A DNA stretch of 64,000 nt from assembly GCF_009914755.1 (NCBI RefSeq), contig NC_060926.1; one strand, 5' to 3'. The translations under genes and the position numbers were made by a program. The notes below the pieces were generated by a model, which searched no databases, was not told the DNA's origin, and saw only the letters and a program-made list of their open reading frames with translations. Below, in pieces: positions 1-13,536 of the stretch. Within the stretch, counting starts at the first letter, position 1. Every line of letters begins with the position of its first letter. This DNA is from the human T2T-CHM13v2.0 reference genome, Homo sapiens.

Positions 1-503
1 GCATGACCAACCATCTCAAAGCTCAATTGCTTAAAACAATTCCATTTCCCATTGCTCACAGTCTGCAGATCAGCCGGGCAGTCCTTCTGGACTCAGTGGG
101 GGCTTGTGCCACCAGCTGTGGCGCTGCAGGTGGCTCTCTTGATCTGGGCTGTGCTTCCTTGTTTTGTGGGGGTTTGGCTCCTCTATGGCTATAAACTTCC
201 AAAATGCTTGTGACTGGGCCAGCTGGGTTCTCCCTCAGGAGCTTCTTACCCACAGCAGGCCAGCCCAGGCCTGTTCACAGGACAGTGCCAGGGGCCCAAG
301 ACAGTGGAGCACTGCAGGACCTCTGTGGGCCTCCACTTTTCCTGCATCTGATTGGCCAAAGCTAGTCACAAAGCAGACCAAATTCAAGAGGAAAAGGAAC
401 AGACTACCTTCTGATGCCAGGCCCAGCAATGTCACATTGCAAACATGGATGCAAGGATGGAACAGTGAAAAAATTTGAGACATTTCCCATTCACTCTACC
501 ACA
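1..503 (-). mobile_element. ERVL-MaLR solo LTR, MLT1G/H-like
   Basis: Begins with MLT1-type ...aaccatctcaaagctcaattgcttaaaacaat, contains attggccaaagctagtcaca and ends ctctaccaca (reverse complement of the tgtggtag LTR start). Confidence 0.75.
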
Positions 504-602
504 ACATTCTTCTGTTCCAAAGAGTAAATGACCTAAAACACAATTTTCCCCTGGGACTCAATAAAGGTATTTATATTTTAATTTTTTTAAAAGGTGGCTT
601 AT

Positions 603-1158
603 TTTGACCCAGCAATCCCATATACTGGATATACACCCTAAGGAATATAAATCATTTTACTATAAAGACACATGCACATGTATGTTTATTGCAGCACTAT
701 TTATAATAGCGAAGACATGGAATCAACACAAATACCCATCAATGATAGACTGGATAAAGAAAATGTGGTACATATATACCACAGAATACTATGCAGCCAT
801 AAAAAGGATGAGTTCATGTCCTTTGCAAGGATATGGATGAACCTGGAAGCCATCATCCTCAGCAAAGTAACATAGGAACAGAAAACCAAACACCACATAT
901 TCTCACTCATAAATGTGAATTGAACAGTGAGAACACATGCACACAGGGAGGGGGACAACACACACTGGAGCCTGTCAGGGGATGTGGAGTGAGAGGAAGG
1001 AGAGCATCAGGACAAATAGCTAATGCATGTGGGGCTTAAAATTCAGATGACAGGTTGATAGGTACAGCAAACCACCATGGCACATGTATACCTATGTAAC
1101 AAACCTGCACATTCTGCACATGTATCCCAGAACTTAAAGTAAAATAAAAATACAATTA
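603..1158 (+). mobile_element. 5'-truncated L1PA (3' end of ORF2 plus 3'UTR)
   Basis: Typical L1PA 3' sequence (tataaagacacatgcac...aacaaacctgcacattctgcacatgtatcccagaacttaaagt) with A-rich tail; 14-bp TSD aaaaggtggcttat at 589-602 and 1159-1172; TTTT/AA site. Confidence 0.95.
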
Positions 1159-1279
1159 AAAAGGTGGCTTATGCGTGGACAATTGTTCACTGCTCTATTA
1201 GAACTAGAACTGGAGTTTCATCATCTCAGTGAGTGGAATAATATAAACACGAATGATTAGGTCAAAATAAAGCATTCAA

Positions 1280-1445
1280 ACCAGCAGTCACCTGGAAGCA
1301 CTTGTTAAAATGCAGATTCATGGCCCCAGACAATCTAATTCAATAAAGACCAGGATAAGACCCTGGAATCTGCATGATAACAAGCACCTCAGGAGGAATG
1401 ATGCAGGTGATCCTGGAAACCTTATCTGAGAAACACTGGTCTAAA
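1280..1445. mobile_element. MER5A-like hAT-Charlie MITE
   Basis: cttgttaaaatgcagattc...aatctgcat...aacaagcacctcagg...tgagaaacactg pattern. Confidence 0.7.
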
Positions 1446-2014
1446 TTTACTCAGACACAGGTTAAGTGGAAATATTTCAAAAAATGGGAATGTGGGGGAG
1501 AACATCTTAAAAACTGCTGGCCTGGGGGTCTCATACTTAAGCTTAAATTGATGTATTTTATTAGTTGCTGGCTCCCAGCTTAGTCCTGAGAATATGTTTT
1601 CCATCCCTTCAAGAACATGGAATGACAAGAGAGGAGGAAGGGATAAAGAATGAGAAGGAAGAAGAATATTTCTGTTTTTCTCTCTCTACAGGTAGATTCC
1701 TTGTACTTTCATGCTAATGAACCCAAGTAAGGCTGTCTGGATGCTGAAGGCTCTCACTGCCCCGGAGTCAGCCCAGAACCATGAAGGCAGGCTGTGGCTG
1801 GCAGAAAGGACTGCCACTCCCTCTCAATACACCCTGCTTATTTCTCATTAACTGGATCTGAAGGCAGCCAAAATATCGATTAACTTAGGGGTTAATTTGT
1901 GTGGTTCTGATTAGTCAAGATTTTCTTGATTGAATACAAAAGGCTTTCATTTTAAAAAATCAAAAATTATAAATTTTAAAGAATATTTAGTGCAAATTAA
2001 GAACAGACTTTCTT

Positions 2015-2813
2015 TTTTTACTCTAAGTTCTAGGATACATGTGCAGGATGTGCAGGTTTGTTACACAGGTAAACATGTGCCATTGTTGTTTGCTGCACCT
2101 ATCACCCATCACCTAGGGATTAAGTCCAGCATGCATTAGCTATCTTTCTTGATGCTCTCCCTCCCCCAACAGGATCCAGTGTGTGTTGTTCCCCCCAGTG
2201 TGTACCTGTGTTCTCATTGTTCACCTCCCACTTATAAGTGAGAACATGCAGTGTTTAGTTTTCTGTTCCTGTGTGAGTTTGCTGAGCACGATGGCTTCCA
2301 GCTCCATTCATATCCCTGCAAAGGACATGATCTCATTCCTTTTTATGGTTGCACAGTATTCCGTGGTGTATATGTACCACATTTTCTTTATCCAGTCTAT
2401 CATTGATGAGCATTTGGGTTAATTCTATGTCTTTGTTATTGTGACTAGTGCTGCAACGAACATACACATGCATGTATTTTTATAATAGAATGATTTATAT
2501 TCCTTTGGGTATATACCTAGTAATGTGATTGCTGGGTCAAATGATATTTCTGTTCTAGATCCTTGAGGAATCACCACACCGTCTTCCACAATGGTTGAAC
2601 TAATTTACATTCCCACCAATAATGTAAAAGCATTCCTGTTTCTCCACAGCCTCGCCAGCATCTGTTTTTTCTTGACTTTTTAATAATTCCCATTCTGACT
2701 GGTGTGAAATGGTATCTCATTGTGGTTTTGATTTGCATTTCTCTAATGATCAGTGATGAGCTTTTTTTCATATGTTGGTTGGCTGCATGAATGTCTTCTT
2801 TTGAGAAGTGTCT
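2015..2813 (-). mobile_element. 5'-truncated L1PA, antisense
   Basis: Reverse-strand L1PA 3' end (gatacatgtgcaggatgtgcaggtttgttaca...); ORF 2571..2771 is the L1 ORF2 C-terminus ([18 protein letters not shown]); 15-bp TSD agaacagactttctt at 2000-2014 and 2814-2828. Confidence 0.95.
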
Positions 2814-3271
2814 AGAACAGACTTTCTTATAAAAACCAATGCAGCATGCTTTCTTGTGAAATGTAACAAGAAATATTTAAAAAATAAAACTAACCATAGA
2901 TCCCACAGCCACTGAAATGACAATAAAGAAATACTGTGAATAACTCCACATACATAAGTTCAACAACTTAGATGGAATGGATCAATTCCTTAAAAACCAC
3001 GAACTACCCAAACTCACTCAAAATGAGACAGATAACCTGAATAGTACTAATTTATAGTTTAAAAATTTTACAAACGAAATCTCCAAGCCAAGATGGTTTC
3101 ACTGGCAACTTCTACCACACATATAAGAAATAACACTAAATATGCACAATCTCTTCCAGAAAAGAGGAGGGAATATATCCCGCCTAATTTTATGAGCCCA
3201 TTTTTACCCTGATATCAAAACCAGACAAAGACAGTATAAAAATTAAATCTACAAACTAATATCTCTCATCA

Positions 3272-3494
3272 ATTTATTTACTTATTTATTATTTATTTAT
3301 TTGACAAGGCCTCGCTCTGTCACCCAGCCTGGAATGTAGTGGCATGATCACAGCTCACTGCAGCCTCCACCTCCCAGGCTCAGGTGATCCTCCCACCTTA
3401 GCCTCCCAAGTAGCTGGGACTGTAGGCATGCACCACCCCTGGCTAATTTTTGTCTTTTTGGTAGAGATGAGGTTTTGTCATGTTGCCCAGGCTG
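3272..3494 (-). mobile_element. AluJ, 5'-truncated
   Basis: (TTTA)n tail, right arm and partial left arm with J-type gatcctcccaccttagcc. Confidence 0.9.
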
Positions 3495-4066
3495 TTTCTC
3501 ATGAATCTAAATGTCAAAATATTCAACAAAATATTAACAAATGGAATCCAGCAATATATAAAAGAACTTATACACCACAACCAAGTAAGATTTATTCTAG
3601 TTACGCAAGATTGCTTCATCATTCAAAAAATCATTCAAAGTTATCCACTGTGTCAATAAGCTAAGGAGAAATATCATATGATAATGTAAATTGACACAGA
3701 AAAAATATTTGACAAACTACAACACTACCTCATGATAAAAATTATCTGCAAGTTAGGAATAGAGGGAATCACTTCAACCTGATAAAGAGCATCAACAAAA
3801 ACCTGCATCTAATATCATACTTAATGGGGAAAAACTGAATACTTTGCCCCTAAGGTCAGGAACAAAGCCAGGGAAGGATGTCCACTATCACCACAGTATA
3901 CGTCATAACACTAGAACTTCTAGACTCTGCAATAACGCATGAAAAATAAATAAAATACATACAGATTGGAAGGAAGACATAAAACTTTCCCTATTTGCAG
4001 TTTACACAATTGTCTATATAGAAAACCCAAGAAGTCTACCAAAAGCTCCTTTAAGGAATCAGTGAG

Positions 4067-4420
4067 TGTATTAGTCCACTAGCGCTACATAACACAATAC
4101 TGCAGACTGAGGGGCTTAAACCGAAGAAATTTATTTTCTCACACTTCTATAAGCTAGAAGTCCAAGAGCAAGGTGCTAGCAAGTTGATTTCTGGTGAGTC
4201 CTCTCTCCTTTGCTTGCAGATCACTGCCTTCTTGCTTACATGATGTTTTCTCTACACTTGCATTCCTGGTATCTTCTCCTCTTCTTATAAGGACACTAGT
4301 CCTATTGGATTGGAGACCCACCATTATGACCTCATTTAACCTTAATTACATCCTTAAAACCCCTATCTCCAAATACAGTTAACTGGCTTCAATATGTAAA
4401 TTTTTGGGGAAAACATAATA
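4067..4420 (-). mobile_element. MLT1A/B-like solo LTR
   Basis: tgtattagtcc...ggcttaaa...agaagtccaaga...cttataaggacactagtcctattggatt...cataata. Confidence 0.85.
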
Positions 4421-5039
4421 CTGAGTTTAAACACATTCTAGAATATAAGGTCAATACAAAAAATCATGTATATTTATAAAGATAGTAATAAACAATCAGA
4501 AACAAACAAAAAATGATAAGAGCTCCCCCCCAAAAAGAGATACGTATAAATAATTTTAACAAAACATACATAGAATCTATGTGCTGAAAACACTAAAATG
4601 CTGATGAAATAACTCAAAGAAGACCTCAATATATGGAGAAACATACTATGTTCATGGATTGGCAGACTCAACAAGAAAAAGGACAATTTTACCCAAATCA
4701 ATCTATGCTTTTGATGTAATGTCAATCAAAACTCTAGCAGAATTTTTTGCAGATATTTGACAAGCTGATTTTGAAATTCATATAAAAGGCAATGAAACTA
4801 GCATAGCCAAAAGAAAATTGGCTTTGGAAGAATCCCACTATCTAATTTTAAGACTTATAAGAATCAAGACAGTGTGGTATTGGCAGAGGGAGAGACACAT
4901 AGATCAACAGAACAGAATAGAAAGTACAGAAATAGACACAAATCAATCTTGTTTGTCAAATGTGCAAAGGAAATTCAATGAAGAAATGATAGTGTTTTCA
5001 ACAAATTGTGTTGGCATTTATACACACAAAAACATGAAC

Positions 5040-5378
5040 CTCAACCCTGCAGCTAGTTGTAACCATGTAACTAGGTTTTGGGCAGTGGGATATAAGTAAT
5101 TACTTAAAGATGAAGCTGTTGAGATTCTCCTAATCCTCCAGCCCCTCTCCTGGAGGTGGTGCTGGCGAGCTACTTTCAACCACGAAGTTGAGAACAACTG
5201 GAGCAGGAGCCTTAACCCAAAGAACAGCCACATGTTGAAGGCAGACATGCTGGGCCAGTTGGAAACCTTGATGACCTTATGAAGCAGAGCTCACCTTTCT
5301 GCCCTGGACTGTTTACCTGAGGCAAAAATAATCTTTGAACTCACGTAGGCTAATGCACTTGGGGATCTTTGTTATAAT
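5040..5378 (+). mobile_element. Old MLT1 (I/J-like) LTR fragment
   Basis: ctgcagctagttgtaaccatgtaactaggtt...gccctggactgtttacct...ggggatctttgttata. Confidence 0.55.
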
Positions 5379-5482
5379 GAATATACATATGCATTGCAGA
5401 AAAATATAAAGGGTAAAATAAAAGTCATTCAGGGTCTCACTACCCAAGAGAGACATACTTTGATCTCACCTTGGCCCTTTCA

Positions 5483-5825
<343 letters not shown>

Positions 5826-6069
5826 TTAATAAGCTTGTCTAGCATTGCAGTAGATATCCTGAAGAACCTTGGATTTGGGGAGTAAGGTATAGGAATCTAT
5901 TTCCTTTTCAGCCCTTAGATTGCAATAACTCTCCCTGGAGATTGTGCCACTAACATGACTACTCAGTGCCAGAGTCAACCAGATTGTGACTGGCTGACAG
6001 ACAAGCAGCCAGTCCTTGCTAAATACATGTCCCTGCACCATACCCAGCAAGAGGAATGAGTATAATATA

Positions 6070-6315
6070 ATAGTTAGGATCGTGGTCTTTGCAGTTGAAA
6101 AGTCATGGGTTCAAGTCCTAGCTTTGCTTCTTCCTACCTGTGTAACCTTGGGCAGGTGTGTAAACTTGTCTGAATTTCAATTTCCGCTTCTCTAAAATGA
6201 GAACAGATAGTAGCACCTCCCTCTTAAGCTTGTTGTGAGAATTAAACATGATGATACATGTGAAGTGATATAGAGCCTGGCACATAATACATACTCCATA
6301 AATGGGTGCTATTGC
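6070..6315 (+). mobile_element. MIR
   Basis: Core tgtgtaaccttgggcaggt...aatttccgcttctctaaaatgag...gttgtgagaattaaa. Confidence 0.85.
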
Positions 6316-6319
6316 ATCA

Positions 6320-6480
6320 TCCATTCATGCATCATGTGTAAATTAAGTGTCTACTATATGCCTGGCACCTTTCTAGGCAATGGCAACATAGCAGTGAGTG
6401 ACACAATAAAGATCTTTGCTCTCATGAATCTTACTTTCTACTTGAGGAGAAGGACTATAAACGCAATGTTTAAATAACAG
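6320..6480 (-). mobile_element. L2 3' end
   Basis: attaagtgtctactatatgcctggcacctttctaggc...gctctcatgaatcttac. Confidence 0.7.
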
Positions 6481-6962
6481 TAGATCTGATGCAATTAAGA
6501 CGGATAGAGAGTGACTTATTGTTAGTCATAACAATAGCTTTGTCCTGTGTGAGGATGGTTGGATTCAGTTGCCTCCCTCAGTCCTGCCAGGATTCATGTA
6601 GACAGCTGGGCAGGGCTGGTGTGGGCAGGGAGGACATGAGTGGACACTACACAGAATTCGTACAGTCAACAACTTTGTGAGCCATGGCAGGTGTCCCACT
6701 GTGAAACATGGCTGAAACCTTCACCTGCCAGACCCCTGGGATCACAGGGCAAGAGGAGGAGCCTAGGTTTCCAAGGACACAGGCATGAGGCAGAAGTCTG
6801 GAGTACACTAACAAGGTTTCAGATTTGCTGGGCCCTCCCATAAGAGCCCAACTGGCCCCATTTGGGGACCAGTAGCAAACAGAGTTAATTTTTCTTAACT
6901 AGTGGATGACAGGGTGTTTCGATTCAGAACGAATTTCTCAATCCATACATCAAGAACTCAAC

Positions 6963-7140
6963 AGCAGTTCTCAACCCTGCTTTTCTTCAGAATCACTTTT
7001 AAATCTATGAAAACGACATCACCCAAACCGTCATATCCCAGAAAGTCTGATTAGTGCAGCTCAGGGATGGAAACTGGGCATTCTTGCAATGCAATGTTCC
7101 AAGGTGATTTAATGTGCGCTCAATGTTTGGAACCACTGAT
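6963..7140. mobile_element. MER5B-like MITE
   Basis: cagttctcaaccctg...agaatcac...aggtgatttaatgtgc...tttggaaccactg terminal inverted pattern. Confidence 0.65.
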
Positions 7141-7459
7141 TTCACCCTTAAACCAAATCACAAAGCACTTCGTGCCCCCAGACAGTCATGGTCCAAATGC
7201 TGCACCATGGTAGGGTCAGCCTGCAATCTCCCTCCGCAGAGTTTGGAGAAGGGTGGCCACAGTAAAGGATTAGAAACATTCCCATGGGAGAAGCAGGCTT
7301 GTTCCCACCGACTTCCTCAGTCATGCCGTCTTTCTAGTGAGCGTTCTTCCTCCTCTCCGTGGCCTCTCCAAGGTTCAACCAATCTTCAGTCTCTCTACAT
7401 CCAAATCCTCTTCTGGGGCAATAGCAGCCCACAAGGCCTCTGCTTTCTTTGAAATCTGG

Positions 7460-7660
7460 CCCCTCTTAATAGTAACAGGGCTTTCCAGTTTATAAAGTAC
7501 CATGGCATTTATTTTGGCATTTAACTTTCCAAGCACCCTATTAAACAGATAAAATTATTTTACAAAGGGAGAGGCCACAACTTTAGAATACTAAGTGATT
7601 CACAAACCCTCCTTAGCCCATAACTGGCAGGTCTGGGACCTACGTCTCCGTTTTCCAAAG
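7460..7660 (-). mobile_element. Degenerate MIR
   Basis: attattttacaaagggagag...ctaagtgattc...taactggcagg. Confidence 0.5.
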
Positions 7661-9681
7661 TGTTCTCAATTTCTCCCCAACCTGGCCAGTTCTCTTACGA
7701 AGTGTCCCAGCACCTGACCATTTAACTTCCATAAGCGTCAAGATTGTCAGTTTAACCTTTCTAAATGCTCGATCACAAAAATCACATTGTTTGCCTCTTC
7801 TGTCACTCATCGTGTTAATTCGTTCATTATAGTACCCATTTAAATGAATTTATTAAATATAAATTATTCACCTAGTGTCAGCTGAAAATGATGTTATCTA
7901 CCAAAAAAAAAAAAAAATCAAAACGTATTTTCTGGAAAAGAGACTGACTACACAAAGCAATGCACACTTTTCTAACTTTAGTTCGAAATCCTAAATTCAG
8001 AGAGTTGACAACAACATGAGCCAGGGTGAGCTGACCTTTCCCGGTTGCTTTGCTGCAAGCACAGGATTGTGAGGGTTTGGGGTCACGAGGGTTTGGGTAC
8101 TGTCATATTTTTAACAGGGCCCTTCATGGAATTGAGTCTTTCCACACATAAGCTCCTGCACTGGCATTCATTTAGTATAGGTGCTAAAAGGTCTCAGAAG
8201 AGCAGCAAAGCACTTTCTCTGGAAGGTCACTGGCCCCGTCACTTTAACATTCCCTTGCAGAAAAATTATAAATGAGTCATCGAGGACACTGAATCACGTG
8301 GAAGAGACTTTCAAATAATTTGCACATTGAATAAAAAGACACTGCCTTTACCTCATCCCCAGGATGAATTCTTGGGGCCCATCACTTTAAAGTGCCTTGA
8401 TAGAAATTATCAGAACTCAATTCATTAGGCAATTGTTAATTTCATTCAAATCCGAAGGTCAGTGGCACAATAGGGCTTGGCATAGGTTCCTATGCTTCTT
8501 TCACGTGGCTCAGATTTCCTCATCATTCACAGCAGTTAGAGAAGCAGCTCTGTTGCAAGGAGGGAACGGGGTGGGGGTGAGGCGGGGGGAACTGCCAGCT
8601 GTGGCATTGTGTGGACCAGGAGATATTTCCAATTAGGCGAGAGTGGGAGGTTGCCTCATGAGAGATAGGAAGATGACTACTCCCTTGCACTACAAAAGGG
8701 AAGAGAATTTGACTCTCTAGGGAGAGTTTGCAGTTGAGAAATGGCTGCATTTCCACTCAGTTGCCTGAAAGGACTCCTTGCAGCAGGTCAGCATACAGAA
8801 CTTCTCTTCCCTGCCGCTGAGCTGAGGCTGAGCTGAAGCTGAGCATGGTGAGATCACAGGGGACGCTGCAGTTCCCAGAGCCCCCCGGCTGCTGCCTATC
8901 TCTGTACCTTTGCAGAGTCTCTCCCCCTGTCCTGGATGGGACCAACGGCGGATTAGACACTGCAGAAGAAAAGAGGTGTGAACCCAAAGGTGAAGACGTA
9001 GCAAAAAAAGAAACAAGACAAAACAAAAAACTATCCAAAATGTAGAATAGAAAGAGAAAAAAAACTTTAAAAATGAACAAAATATCAGTGACTTGTGAGA
9101 CAAATCAGGCAGTCTAATATATTCACAATTGGAATTCCAAAAAAAGGGGAAGATGTAGAGGGGAAAATACAAGAAGAAATAATTTTTTCCAAATTTTGCA
9201 AAAACTATAAATCTTGAGATCCATGAAGATCACCAAGCCCAGGAGGATAAACACAAAGAACACGACACCAGGTGAACGTCATAATCAAATTCCTGAAACC
9301 GAGTCCTGGAAAGATTATCTTCCGGACAACCAGGCAAAAATGACACTACACACAAAGAAACAAAGACAGGAATCACAGTAAATGCCTAGTAAGAAATTAT
9401 TAAGAACACAAGAGATTGGAACAAAGTATTTTAAGATGACAAAAAAGAGTCACCCTAGAATTATATACCCGGTAAATATCTTCTAAATGAAAAAAAAAAA
9501 TTGGAGACTTTCAGACAAAAAAAAAAAAAAGCTAATTCTTCATCAGCAGCCCTGCACCATGAGAAGTGGTAAATAAAGTCCTTCAAGGTGAAGGAAAATG
9601 ATACCAGATGGGAACTTGGATCTACACAAAGAAGCGAGAAGCAACAGAAAATTTAAATATGTGATAAATAAAAATACTCTA

Positions 9682-9820
9682 GACTGGACACCATGGCTCA
9701 TGCCTGTAATCCCAGCACTTTGGGAGGCCAAGGAAGGAGGATTCCTCTAGCCCAGGGGTTCAAGACCAGTCTGGGCAACATAGGGAGATCCAATCTCTAT
9801 AAAAAATAAAAATAAAAATA
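9682..9820 (+). mobile_element. FLAM / free Alu left monomer
   Basis: Single left arm ending in an (AAAAT)n tail. Confidence 0.9.
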
Positions 9821-9991
9821 CTTTTTTCTTATTATAATTTTTAAAAATTCCTTAAAAGGTAATTGTTTAAAGTAAAAATAACAATATATTGTGAGGTTTA
9901 TAACATAAGTGGAATTAAATACATAATAATAACACAAAAGATGTCGGGAAGGGAAGTATATTATAAGGTCCTTATATGTGAGGAGGTATAA

Positions 9992-10153
<162 letters not shown>

Positions 10154-10409
10154 CGATATGATATTAATTAAAGGTAGACTTTATAATTAAAGAAGAATAT
10201 GATAAATCCTAGAACAACCACAAAACAAAATGAAAGATATAGCTAATAAGCCAATGGTAAAATAAAGAAATAAATTCAATACAAAATCAGGAGGGAAAGA
10301 GAAAAAACGAATAAAGAAGAGATGAAAAATATTTTTAAAAATTAAAAACAAATAACAAGATGGTAAAATTAATCCCAAATCACATCAATAATTACATTAA
10401 ATATAGTCA

Positions 10410-10900
10410 ACCTATTCTGTCTAGTACACAAACCACTAGCCACGTGGGGCTATTGAAATTAAGTTAAGGCTGGGTGCAATGGCTCATGTCTGTAATCCCA
10501 GCATTTTGGGAGGCCAAAGCAGACAGATAGCTTGAGCCCAGGAGTTCAAGACCAGCCTGGGTGCGATGGTGGAACCCAGGCTCTACAAAAAAATTTAAAA
10601 TATTAGCTGGGCACGGTGGCGTGCGCCTGTAATCCCAGCTACGCTTGAGCCTGGGTTGGTGAGGCTGCAATGAGTCAAGATCGCACCACTGCATTGCAGC
10701 CTGTGTGACAGAGTGAGACTCTGTCAAAAAAAAAAAAAAAAAGAAAAAAAGAAATTAACTTAAACTTTAATAAAATCAATTTAGTTCCTCGGTCACTGTG
10801 GCCATATTTCAAGTGCTCAGTAGCCATCTGGTTAGTGGGTAGCACATTAGACGGAACATTTATAACATTTTCATTATCACAGAAAGGTCTATTGAAAAGG
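10410..10900. mobile_element. MER3-like hAT MITE, split by an Alu
   Basis: ccactagccacgtggggctattga...gccatatttcaagtgctcagtagccatctggttagtgg...tcattatcacagaaagg. Confidence 0.8.
10468..10752 (+). mobile_element. AluJ with a small right-arm deletion
   Basis: Dimeric Alu, cttgagcccaggagttcaag, poly(A) tail. Confidence 0.9.
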
Positions 10901-10974
10901 GTTAGTCTAAGCACTCCAATTAAAAGCAAAGATTATAAGACTGAGTGAAAAAGCAAGAACTATTATTCAAGGGA

Positions 10975-11006
<32 letters not shown>
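10975..11006 (+). repeat. Compound microsatellite (AC)8(AG)8
   Basis: Read directly from the sequence. Confidence 0.95.
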
Positions 11007-11007
<1 letters not shown>

Positions 11008-11249
11008 TCAAAAGTTAAAGAATATAGAAAAGCTATACCATGCCAACACTATTCATAACAAAGCTGGAGTAGTTCTATTCATGTCAGACAAAGACATTCT
11101 TCAGACTTCCAAACAAGGCATAAACCAAAGACAAAGAGGAATATTTCAAAAACGATAAACAGATCAATTTAGCAAGAATACTTAACAACACTAAAAATGT
11201 TTGTACCCAATAGCAGAGATTCAAAACCCATGAAACACTGCACAGGATT

Positions 11250-11880
11250 TTCCTTCCTGCATGAAACAACATAAAACACTAGACAAAATACGTGAAACAA
11301 TGGCTTTTGAGACATCGGATCAGGCAACAAAGGACAACAATCCCTGAGAGACAGGAAACCAGTGAGGTGAGGCCTATAATTGCCTGTCTTATTGCCTGAA
11401 GAGGGTCTCCAGGCCCTGGTGCAGGGATGGGGCACACAGCTAGAACCTAGTGGATTCCCTGAGTGGAAGAGATGGAGCTGATGGCCCAGGGAGAGGACAG
11501 AGGCGAGAGATTACAGGGCAGACTGCCAGAGAGGAGAGAGCTGCAGAGAGGACTCTGGAGGTCTGCAGGCTCCTCATCAACTACTGATAGAGCACTGGTC
11601 AGTGAAATGGGTGAGGCTAGAGAAGGAACCGCCCAAAAAGATGAGGGGGAACATTACCTGGAGCTCACACCAGGACAGAAATGGTGTTTATTCTAACCAG
11701 CCGGACATGAAAACCTCATATGAGAGAGGTGATGGAGAGAACACTTGGAAGGGTCTTGCCTATAGAGTGGGTAAAAACTAGCCCTAAAATGGTTTCACAG
11801 GGCTGGACATATGTCAAAATGTATCAGTATACACTTAAATATGCACAATTTATGGTGTCATTATAGCTCAATAAAGCCAA
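11250..11880 (+). mobile_element. Second old L1M piece: 5'UTR-like segment joined to a 3' end
   Basis: 5'-end-like aaacaatggcttttgagacat...tccctgagagacaggaaac, then 3'-end atatgtcaaaatgtatc...ctcaataaagc. Confidence 0.55.
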
Positions 11881-12706
11881 AAGATAAGAAAATACATGAA
11901 CAACTTTATGCCAATAAATTCAACAACCATAAATAAAATGGAAAAATTCCTTGAAAAACACAAGTACCAAAATTGTCTCAAGAAAAAAAATAGACAGTCG
12001 AATAATTCTATGTCTATGTAAGCAATTGAATTCATAATTACAACATTCTCACAAAGAAAATCACAAGCACAGATGACTTTACTGGCAGATTTTCTGAAAG
12101 ACTTAAAGAAGAAACACCATTCCTACTCAAACCCTTTCAGAAATTGGGGGAAGGAACATGTCCCAATTAATTCATGGAATCAGCCTTCTTACTTTGATAC
12201 CAAAACGAGACAAAGACATTGTAAGAAAAGGAAATTACAGACAAATACCCCTCATGAACATAGATTCAAAAATTCTAAGAGAATTTTAGAAAATTAATTC
12301 CAGTAATATATGAAAATAATAATTCTTGGGTTTCATCTCAGGAATTCAACGTTTAACATTGGAAAATTATCAATGTAAATTCACCATATTAAAAAATAAA
12401 GCAAAACCAATAGATGCAAGAAAATTATTTGACAAAATTAAAAATCCAATTAAGAAAAAACTCTCAGGAAACTAGGAATAGAAGACAACTTTCTCAACAC
12501 GATAAAAGGCATCTCTGAAAAACCTACAACCACCATCATAGCAAGAGGAATGATGAATTCCCTCCTAAGCGCAGCAACCAGGCAGTATGTCTACTTTTAG
12601 GGGTTTATGCAACATCATACTAGATGTCATAGTCAGTGTATGAAGACAAAGAATAAAAGATATAAAAGGCATACAGATTGGAAAGGAGGAAGTATAATTG
12701 TCATTA

Positions 12707-13039
<333 letters not shown>

Positions 13040-13462
13040 TTAAAAACAACACTATTTACAATATCACCAAATGACACACATAGCAATATGTTTAGACAAA
13101 ATATATTAAGGATCTACACCCCGTACACTATAAAACATTGCTGATATAAATTAAAGGACACCTAAATAAATAACTATACCACATAAATGGGAAAAAAGAC
13201 TTAATATTATTAAGATGGCAATTCTCTTCAAATGAATCTATAGTCTCAATACAATCCTAATCAAGTTCTTAACAGGCTTCTTTTATAAATATTAGATAAT
13301 TCTCAAATGTGTATGGAAATGCAAAGAACCTAGAATATCCCAAGATATTCCTTTGAAAAGGAAGACAAACATTAGAGTCTTCGCATTGCCTGATTTAAAG
13401 ACTCACTGAAACCTACAGTGATGAAGACAATGTGAGACCAACAGAACATTAAAAAATGCCAA

Positions 13463-13536
13463 ATGTGGACCCACACATTAATTGATTTTTAACACAGGGA
13501 TGTGGATCCACACATTAATTGATTTTTAACACAGGG
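13463..13536 (+). repeat. 37-bp tandem duplication
   Basis: atgtgga(c/t)ccacacattaattgatttttaacacaggg x2 with one mismatch. Confidence 0.95.

Larger units (their letters stand above)
2885..5040 (+). mobile_element. Ancient L1M ORF2 fragment, interrupted by an Alu and an MLT1
   Basis: A-rich degenerate ORF2 (ccagatggtttcactgg, aaaccagacaaagac, aagacagtgtggtattggc; IKTVWYWQRERHIDQQNRIES in the ORF track). Confidence 0.85.

Noticed and set aside
604-2771. ORFs similar to L1 ORF2p
   Set aside because: Short fragments of truncated, dead L1 copies, not genes
8816-8844. GCTGA/GAGCT pentamer repeats resembling Ig switch regions
   Set aside because: Only ~30 bp long, whereas switch regions span kilobases
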